Made by a program: the position numbers and the translations under genes. Below, piece by piece: positions 57,874 to 64,000 of a stretch of DNA of 64,000 bases (its first letter is position 1; each line of letters opens with the position of its first letter). The notes beneath the pieces were generated by a model, which had not been told where the DNA came from, did no database searches, and saw nothing but the letters and a program-made list of their open reading frames with translations. The DNA is from Candidatus Vogelbacteria bacterium (lineage in GTDB: Bacteria; Patescibacteriota; Minisyncoccia; Phycocordibacterales; XYD1-FULL-46-19). The DNA lies in assembly GCA_903878275.1 (NCBI GenBank), contig CAIRHC010000007.1:8727-72726 (forward strand). The letters run 5' to 3'.

Positions 57874-59067
57874 ATGGCAGAGAAATTTGATCGGTCTAAG
57901 CCACACTTGAATGTGGGCACCATCGGCCACGTAGACCACGGCAAAACAACATTAACAGCGGCTATTTTGCATGTCTTGAATCTTGCGGGAAACAAGGTGA
58001 AAATGCGAGGCGTCAATGAAATCGACAACGCTCCAGAAGAACGAGAGCGTGGTATTACGATTGCTTTGTCTCACAATGAATACGAGACTGGAAAGCGTCA
58101 CTATGCTCACATCGATGCTCCTGGTCACGCTGACTACATTAAAAATATGATTACCGGTGCTGCTCAAATGGACGGTGCGGTTATCGTCGTTGCCGCGACT
58201 GATGGTCTTATGCCTCAAACTCGCGAGCACGTTCTTTTGGCTCGTCAGGTTGGTGTGCCAAAAATCATTGTTTTCATCAATAAAGTTGATATGGTTGATG
58301 ATCCCGAATTGATAGATTTAGTAGAAGAAGAAATTCGTGAACTTTTGACCAAGCAAGAATACGATGGTGCCAACGCCCCAGTTATTCGTGGCTCGGCTTT
58401 GAAAGCTCTTGATACCAAGTCTGTTGATGATGAATGGGCAAAACCAATTTTGGCTTTGGCTCAAGCGATGGACGATTATTTCCCAGATCCTGTCCGTGAG
58501 ACAGATAAGCCTTTCCTTATGCCGGTCGAAGACATTTTCTCAATTGAAGGTCGTGGTACTGTTGTCACTGGCCGTATCGAACGAGGTATCGTGAAGGTTG
58601 GTGAAGAAATCGAAATTGTCGGTCTTAAACCAACTCAAAAAACTACCGTTACTGGTATCGAAATGTTCAACAAGCAACTCGATGAAGGTATGGCTGGCGA
58701 CAATGCCGGTATCTTGATTCGCGGTTTGAAGAAAGACGATGTGACTCGTGGTCAAGTCTTGGCAAAACCAGGGACGATCACTCCTCATACCGATTTTACA
58801 GCTGAAGTTTACATCTTGAGCAAGGAAGATGGTGGACGACACACTCCATTCTTCAACGGTTACAAACCACAATTCTACATCCGAACCACCGACGTCACTG
58901 GTGAAGTCCAATTAGCTGAAGACGTAAAAATGGTTATGCCAGGTGATACCGTCACTTTCACTGTTAAATTGATTGCTCCGGTTGCGATGGATGAAAAACT
59001 ACGTTTCGCTATTCGTGAAGGCGGGCGCACTGTCGGGGCGGGTGTTGTTACTAAAATTCTTGCCTAA
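57874..59067 (+). CDS. tuf: Elongation factor Tu
   Basis: [21 protein letters not shown]. Confidence 0.98.
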   Translation: MAEKFDRSKPHLNVGTIGHVDHGKTTLTAAILHVLNLAGNKVKMRGVNEIDNAPEERERGITIALSHNEYETGKRHYAHIDAPGHADYIKNMITGAAQMDGAVIVVAATDGLMPQTREHVLLARQVGVPKIIVFINKVDMVDDPELIDLVEEEIRELLTKQEYDGANAPVIRGSALKALDTKSVDDEWAKPILALAQAMDDYFPDPVRETDKPFLMPVEDIFSIEGRGTVVTGRIERGIVKVGEEIEIVGLKPTQKTTVTGIEMFNKQLDEGMAGDNAGILIRGLKKDDVTRGQVLAKPGTITPHTDFTAEVYILSKEDGGRHTPFFNGYKPQFYIRTTDVTGEVQLAEDVKMVMPGDTVTFTVKLIAPVAMDEKLRFAIREGGRTVGAGVVTKILA

Positions 59068-59099
59068 TCCAGATTTTATCTAGCATTTTGTAAATTAAT

Positions 59100-59459
59100 A
59101 TGGCCACTACCACTAAAACAAAAAAGACTGTCAAAAAAGAAGACGCCAAAGAAACTTCTCGTTTACGCATCAAAGTTTCGGCTTACGAGCACAAACTTTT
59201 AGATGCTAGTATCAAGCAAATTGTTGATACGGCGATGCGTCACGATGCCAAGCTTCTTGGTCCGATTCCTTTGCCAACAGAAATTAAGAAATATACGGTC
59301 AATCGTAGCTCTTTCATTGATAAAAACTCTCGCGAGCAATTTGAAATGAGAGTACACAAGCGATTGATTGATATTGTCAGTCCTTCTCCAAAAATTATCG
59401 AGAGCCTAACAAATCTAAATTTGCCTAGTGGGGTGAATATTGATGTGAAGATGCTGTAG
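59100..59459 (+). CDS. rpsJ: 30S ribosomal protein S10
   Basis: GPIPLPT, SREQFEMRVHKRLIDI. Confidence 0.97.
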   Translation: MATTTKTKKTVKKEDAKETSRLRIKVSAYEHKLLDASIKQIVDTAMRHDAKLLGPIPLPTEIKKYTVNRSSFIDKNSREQFEMRVHKRLIDIVSPSPKIIESLTNLNLPSGVNIDVKML

Positions 59460-59477
59460 AGAGGCTCAACCTTTTAT

Positions 59478-59626
59478 TTTTTGAAACCACAGAAAACCCC
59501 TCCCGCGAGGGGTTTTCCTCTGCTTCGTATCTGGCCGTTCCGCCTTTGTTGCACTAAAAGTGCAACACGACCAAAGGTCAAAAGGCGGAAACCATGCCGG
59601 CCAGCTCTCCGCAAGGGTTTCAAAAA
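59478..59626 (+). ncRNA. Multi-stem structured element, copy 2 (after rpsJ)
   Basis: Homologous to 16847-16980 with compensatory changes. Confidence 0.7.
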
Positions 59627-59746
59627 GCAAAAGGTCTCGCCTTGATGGCAAGAATGAACCTTTTTTGATAATTCGCAGATTTACCCGCCTTAATTTTGCT
59701 TTGCAAAATTAAGGCGGGGGTTTTGGGTCGAGATTTTTTACTTTAT

Positions 59747-60244
59747 TTAACTATTCTGTTTTTTTTTAAATAAAGAAGAAATATTTTTATTGAAGCATAA
59801 AATTAGAACAGCGAGACTCCACCCGATAGGTATTAGCGTGGGGATTAATATAAGAAGAATAGCGGTTATCGATGGTTTCATAAGAAAAATACCAAATGGG
59901 CCAATTAAGAATATTATTACGGTAAATAAACCACCTCCCGAAGGTATCAGGGAAAAAATTCCATAAACAATGGCAAGAGTTCTAGCCCATTTTTTAGTTT
60001 TTAAAAGACCAAAACTAACAAATAATGGGATTATGATGGCGACGATTGCTATTATAAAAATAAATACTCCCATTTTTAGGATTATTTCATAAAAAGTCAT
60101 GGGAATCGGTGCTGGGACAATGGAACCACCCGGTGGCGACATTAACTCCCTAATTGAGGTAAAAAGGTACCATGAGGAAAAGACCGGAAGAATAAAAAAA
60201 AGAAGCGAAAGAATTTTTAAACCAAGAGGTTTAGAATCATTCAT
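59747..60244 (-). CDS. Hypothetical membrane protein
   Basis: Four to five TM segments, GLLKTKKWAR. Confidence 0.7.
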   Translation of the reverse strand: MNDSKPLGLKILSLLFFILPVFSSWYLFTSIRELMSPPGGSIVPAPIPMTFYEIILKMGVFIFIIAIVAIIIPLFVSFGLLKTKKWARTLAIVYGIFSLIPSGGGLFTVIIFLIGPFGIFLMKPSITAILLILIPTLIPIGWSLAVLILCFNKNISSLFKKKQNS

Positions 60245-60367
60245 ATTTTTATGATTAAAATAATAATTTATCTAAACTTATTGTAACATAATCGGCATAT
60301 TTCTTTGCTATTATCTTTGCCAAGACGTATAATTAAGGTATTAAAAATTATTAATAATAAATATCTT

Positions 60368-60799
60368 ATGGATCAATTTATAAAAACTCTTGATGAATAT
60401 TTTGGCAAGAAGGCACCCCAACTGCCAGTCAAAGCCAAAGAAATTATTGTAAAGGTTAGCCCATACTTGGCGATTTTGGGGATTGTTTTTATGGTTATGA
60501 GTATTGTCCCGTTGATGATGCTAGTGTTTGGTTTGGGGGCGGTCAGTGTTTTGGCTGGTTATGTTCCGATGCAAAATGCCTATATTTCTATCGCGGTAAT
60601 GCTGGCAACCGGAATTATCTGTGCGATGGCAATTCCTGGTTTATTTAAAAGAACAAAATATGCTTGGAATCTAATGTTTTATTCCCAGCTTGTTTCGGCG
60701 GTTGGTAGTCTTTTGTCTCTAAATATCATCAGCTTGATTATTGGTTTGGCTATCGGATTCTATATTCTTTTCCAGGTTAAATCTTATTACGTGAATTAA
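60368..60799 (+). CDS. Conserved membrane protein
   Basis: KAPQLP..KEIIVK..PGLF..W..FY..YILFQVKSYY. Confidence 0.75.
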   Translation: MDQFIKTLDEYFGKKAPQLPVKAKEIIVKVSPYLAILGIVFMVMSIVPLMMLVFGLGAVSVLAGYVPMQNAYISIAVMLATGIICAMAIPGLFKRTKYAWNLMFYSQLVSAVGSLLSLNIISLIIGLAIGFYILFQVKSYYVN

Positions 60800-60945
60800 G
60801 TGAAATTTTAAGGGGAAACTCCCGCCGGCGACTTGTCGCCGGCGGGAGTTTGATTTCTGCCAATTCTAAGCCAACCTCAATTTGACTTTTGGCTGTTATC
60901 TGATAATATACTTTGGAGCTCGGGTCGAGCTATTTTTATCTTTTT

Positions 60946-61572
60946 ATGAAATTTATACTCGGAAAAAAGGAGGGAATGTCACAAATTTTCGATGAATCAG
61001 GCAAAGTTATTGCCGGGACGGTTGTTTTGGCTGGTCCAGTGATTGTGACGAAACTTAAGACTGAAAACGAGACGATCAAAGCTATTCAGGTTGGTTATGG
61101 CGAGCGAAAGCTTAAAAATGTTGCCAAGCCACAGCGAACCATTGCCAAGAAATATGGCAAAGACGGCTTCGGTTTTACTTACTTAAAAGAATTTTCGACT
61201 AAAAAAGGTGTTTTGCCAGAAGTCCAGCTTGGTGACTCGATCGATGTGTCCACTTTTGCTGAAGGTGATACTGTCGAAGTCAGTGCTATTTCCAAAGGTA
61301 AGGGTTTCCAGGGTGTAGTCAAAAGACATGGTTTCAAAGGTGGTCGTCGTAGCCACGGTCAAAAACATTCCGAACGTGAACCAGGTTCTATTGGTGCTGG
61401 TGGTAAGCAAAAAGTTTTGAAAGGTCTCCGAATGGGTGGACGAATGGGTGGCGATCGCATTACGGTCCGTAATTTGAAAGTGGTAAAAATCGACCAAGCT
61501 GGCAATCAGTTATTCATAAGTGGTGCCATTCCTGGACGAAAGGGAACTTTAATCGAGATCGTTAGTCGGTAG
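60946..61572 (+). CDS. rplC: 50S ribosomal protein L3
   Basis: GKKEGMSQIF, SKGKGFQGVVKRHGF. Confidence 0.97.
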   Translation: MKFILGKKEGMSQIFDESGKVIAGTVVLAGPVIVTKLKTENETIKAIQVGYGERKLKNVAKPQRTIAKKYGKDGFGFTYLKEFSTKKGVLPEVQLGDSIDVSTFAEGDTVEVSAISKGKGFQGVVKRHGFKGGRRSHGQKHSEREPGSIGAGGKQKVLKGLRMGGRMGGDRITVRNLKVVKIDQAGNQLFISGAIPGRKGTLIEIVSR

Positions 61573-61607
61573 TTTGTAGTGAGTAGACAGAAAAAATCAA
61601 AAATATC

Positions 61608-62348
61608 ATGGAAACAAAAACCAAAAAAATCAAAGAAAACTTAACTACTGAAAAGAAAGTGGTTGTTCCTGTGGAAGTCAAAATTTACAACACTGACGGT
61701 AAAGAAAAAGGCGTTTTGGATTTACCAAACAATCTTTTTGGTTTGAAGTGGAATGCCGACTTGGTCCACCAAGTAGTCAACTCAATGCTCTCAAGCGCCA
61801 GGACAGTCATTGCCGATACTAAAGGCCGTGGCGAAGTCCGTGGAGGTGGTAAGAAGCCTTGGCGTCAGAAAGGGACCGGCCGGGCTCGTCACGGCTCATC
61901 TCGTTCGCCGATCTGGAAAGGTGGCGGTGCGACTCACGGTCCTCACGCCGAAAAAAACTACGACAAAAAGGTCAACAAAAAAATGAAGACCAAAGCTTTT
62001 TTCACGGTTTTGTCTCGCAAGCTAAAAGATGGCGAAATTGTTTTTGTGGAGTCTTTAGGATTAGATAAACCAAAAACCAAAGAAGCCCAAATTTATTTAA
62101 ACAATCTCTCAAAAGTGGCTGGTTTGGAAAAAATTAATTTCAAGTCTGGCAAACGAGCTTTGGTGTCTGTTCCGGCCAAGAGTGAAATTGCCGAAAAAAG
62201 TTTTAAAAATATCAAAAGTGCGCACGTTGTTGACCTTCGCAATTTGAACCCTGTCGATCTTTTAACTTATAAATATCTTGTCGTCGCTTCACCAGTCGAA
62301 AGTCTTGGTGTGTTGACCGAGAGAGCAAAAACGATATGTCAAAAATAG
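61608..62348 (+). CDS. rplD: 50S ribosomal protein L4
   Basis: GGGKKPWRQKGTGRARHGS. Confidence 0.97.
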   Translation: METKTKKIKENLTTEKKVVVPVEVKIYNTDGKEKGVLDLPNNLFGLKWNADLVHQVVNSMLSSARTVIADTKGRGEVRGGGKKPWRQKGTGRARHGSSRSPIWKGGGATHGPHAEKNYDKKVNKKMKTKAFFTVLSRKLKDGEIVFVESLGLDKPKTKEAQIYLNNLSKVAGLEKINFKSGKRALVSVPAKSEIAEKSFKNIKSAHVVDLRNLNPVDLLTYKYLVVASPVESLGVLTERAKTICQK

Positions 62349-62641
62349 GTAATCAATTAAAAAATGGCATCATCTTGATGGCGCCAAGAATCACCGAGAA
62401 ATCGACTGATTTAGCTGAAGGAGGCAAAAGTGCCACTTACGTTTTCGAGGTGGCAAAAGGTAGCACCAAGACGGAAATCAAACAAGCTTTCATTGCTAAA
62501 TACAAAGCGAAGCCGGTCAAAATCAACGTCATCAATTTGCCATCAAAGACCGTCGTTCGTCGTGGCAAAAAAGGGGTGAAATCTGGTGTCCGCAAAGCCC
62601 TGGTCTTTTTAAAAGCCGGTGAAAAAATTGAAATAATGTAA
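62336..62641 (+). CDS. rplW: 50S ribosomal protein L23
   Basis: PRITEKS..YVFEV..TKTEIK..RKALV. Confidence 0.95.
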   Translation: MSKIGNQLKNGIILMAPRITEKSTDLAEGGKSATYVFEVAKGSTKTEIKQAFIAKYKAKPVKINVINLPSKTVVRRGKKGVKSGVRKALVFLKAGEKIEIM

Positions 62642-62642
62642 T

Positions 62643-63482
62643 ATGAAAAAGTACGCTCCTACAACTCCATCACAAAGAAATACTTTGACCGTGACTTACA
62701 AAGGTGTTTTGACGACCAACGAACCACACAAAGCTTTGGTTCGCGGGGCGCAAAGACACGTCGGACGAAACAATCAGGGACGAATTACCGTCAGACACAA
62801 GGGTGGTGGTCACAAGCGATTGGAGCGAGATGTTGATTTTCTATACAACAAAATAAATATTCCGGCCAAAGTGGAGACTGTCGAATACGATCCAAATCGT
62901 TCTGGCTTTATTACTTTGGTTTGTTATCGTGATGGCGAACGACGCTATCACTTGATGCCAAAAAACATCAAAGTTGGCGATACTTTTCTGGCTTCCGAAG
63001 AGGCTGATATCAAAGCTGGTAATCGTTTACCTCTTAAAAAAATTCCGGTTGGAACTTTCATCTACAATCTCGAAATCAAACCTCGTGGTGGTGCCAAGAT
63101 GATCCGTTCGGCGGGGAACTATGGTGAAGTGTTGTCGCACGACGCTGGCTATACTTCCGTCAAAATGCCTTCGACCGAAGTCCGCAAAATTACTGATGAT
63201 TCTTGGGCGTCAATTGGTGAAGTTTCCAACGAAGAACACAAATTAGTCAAATTCGGTAAAGCTGGTCGCTCTCGCTGGATGGGTATCCGCCCAACCGTCC
63301 GAGGTACCGCTATGAACCCTGTCGATCACCCATACGGAGGTGGAGAAGGAAGTCAAGGTCGTGGTACCAAGAGACCAAAGACAATGTGGGGTAAGATTAC
63401 TGGTGGTCGCAAGACTCGAACACCAAAAAAATACTCAAACCACTTGGTGGTATCTCGCCGAAAAGTGGGCAAGAGACGATAG
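62643..63482 (+). CDS. rplB: 50S ribosomal protein L2
   Basis: GRNNQGRIT, EYDPNRS, RPTVRG.AMNPVDHP. Confidence 0.98.
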   Translation: MKKYAPTTPSQRNTLTVTYKGVLTTNEPHKALVRGAQRHVGRNNQGRITVRHKGGGHKRLERDVDFLYNKINIPAKVETVEYDPNRSGFITLVCYRDGERRYHLMPKNIKVGDTFLASEEADIKAGNRLPLKKIPVGTFIYNLEIKPRGGAKMIRSAGNYGEVLSHDAGYTSVKMPSTEVRKITDDSWASIGEVSNEEHKLVKFGKAGRSRWMGIRPTVRGTAMNPVDHPYGGGEGSQGRGTKRPKTMWGKITGGRKTRTPKKYSNHLVVSRRKVGKRR

Positions 63483-63654
63483 TAAATTAAAAAGCAAAAA
63501 GCAAATATCAAAAATTATAAACAAAAAATCCCCAGAGCTTGTCGAAGGGGATTTTTTGTTTAAACTATTTTTTTGCCACCTACTCAATCGTGCGACCGCA
63601 CGATTGAGTAGGTGCAGATTTTATAAAAATATTTACCATAATGCATATTCCGGC

Positions 63655-63682
63655 CTAGATTCCCGCCTGCGCGGGAATGACA
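63655..63682. repeat. Half copy of the dRS3/RPE-like repeat
   Basis: CTAGATTCCCGCCTGCGCGGGAATGACA. Confidence 0.7.
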
Positions 63683-63880
63683 AAAAGAGTTTTTGTTATA
63701 AATCCCTTTGTTTGAGCTATTTTAGAGTTTTTGGATTCACGGTCGGTGGTCTTGACTAAATATTAAAACCGTGATACAGTCAAAGCAGATACCCTTGTCT
63801 GGGTTTTTGGTCGGTTGCGGGACGCATTGGGCGTTTCCGTGACTTTTGTCAAAAAATGAGAGAAAAAAAGGAGAAGTACA

Positions 63881-64000
63881 ATGAAGAAGATGGCAGTAGT
63901 TGTCGCAGTGTCGTTGTTTGCTGTGGTGTTGGTTGGTTGTCCAAACGGAAATCTGGGCAGTGGTAATTTACCCACTCCGGAAGTCGGGACGAACCAACCA
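63881..64000 (+). CDS. Putative lipoprotein (runs off window end)
   Basis: AAGGAG RBS; MKKMAVVVAVSLFAVVLVG|C lipobox; promoter TTGACT-17-TACAGT at ~63752. Confidence 0.65.
   Translation, partial: MKKMAVVVAVSLFAVVLVGCPNGNLGSGNLPTPEVGTNQP

Noticed and set aside
59590-59603. HDV-like ribozyme (minus strand GGCCGGCATGGT resembles the HDV 5' end)
   Set aside because: Could not build the nested double pseudoknot; the second copy differs at these positions
1-64000. Alternative genetic code (UGA read as Gly)
   Set aside because: Core genes are full length under the standard code, and tig appears to end in TGA

Overview
AT-rich bacterial chromosome segment whose gene content (type IV pilus and ComEC genes, membrane PPase, TrmB, DUF5652/DUF5680-like genes, giant GNVGIG-repeat surface protein, split str/S10 operon, no biosynthetic operons) points to a CPR/Parcubacteria genome (inference). 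Housekeeping genes: cca, HU, rny, clpP, tig, hppA, nusA, pilB/pilC plus pilins, tpiA, pgk, recJ, rnhA, comEC, rpmB, rpsL-rpsG-fusA, tuf-rpsJ, rplC-D-W-B, six intact tRNAs. The most striking features are non-coding: (1) an intact tRNA-Pro(CGG) nested inside the anticodon loop of a second tRNA-Pro-like gene; (2) four related tRNA 3' trailer elements, each with an inverted and a direct copy of its own tRNA's 3' end; (3) antitoxin-less NYN and MazF/PemK RNase genes each paired with a convergent, promoter-driven small structured RNA; (4) a repeat-delimited array of toxin cassettes at 31-34.3 kb; (5) a classical-looking aromatic (FYFWF) leader-peptide attenuator upstream of two Cys-rich orphans; (6) a ~140 nt covarying multi-stem element after tig and rpsJ; (7) inverted-repeat-flanked GIY-YIG elements with a non-autonomous derivative, and a RAYT with cognate REPs. 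All family calls are from motif recognition by eye; no database search was run.
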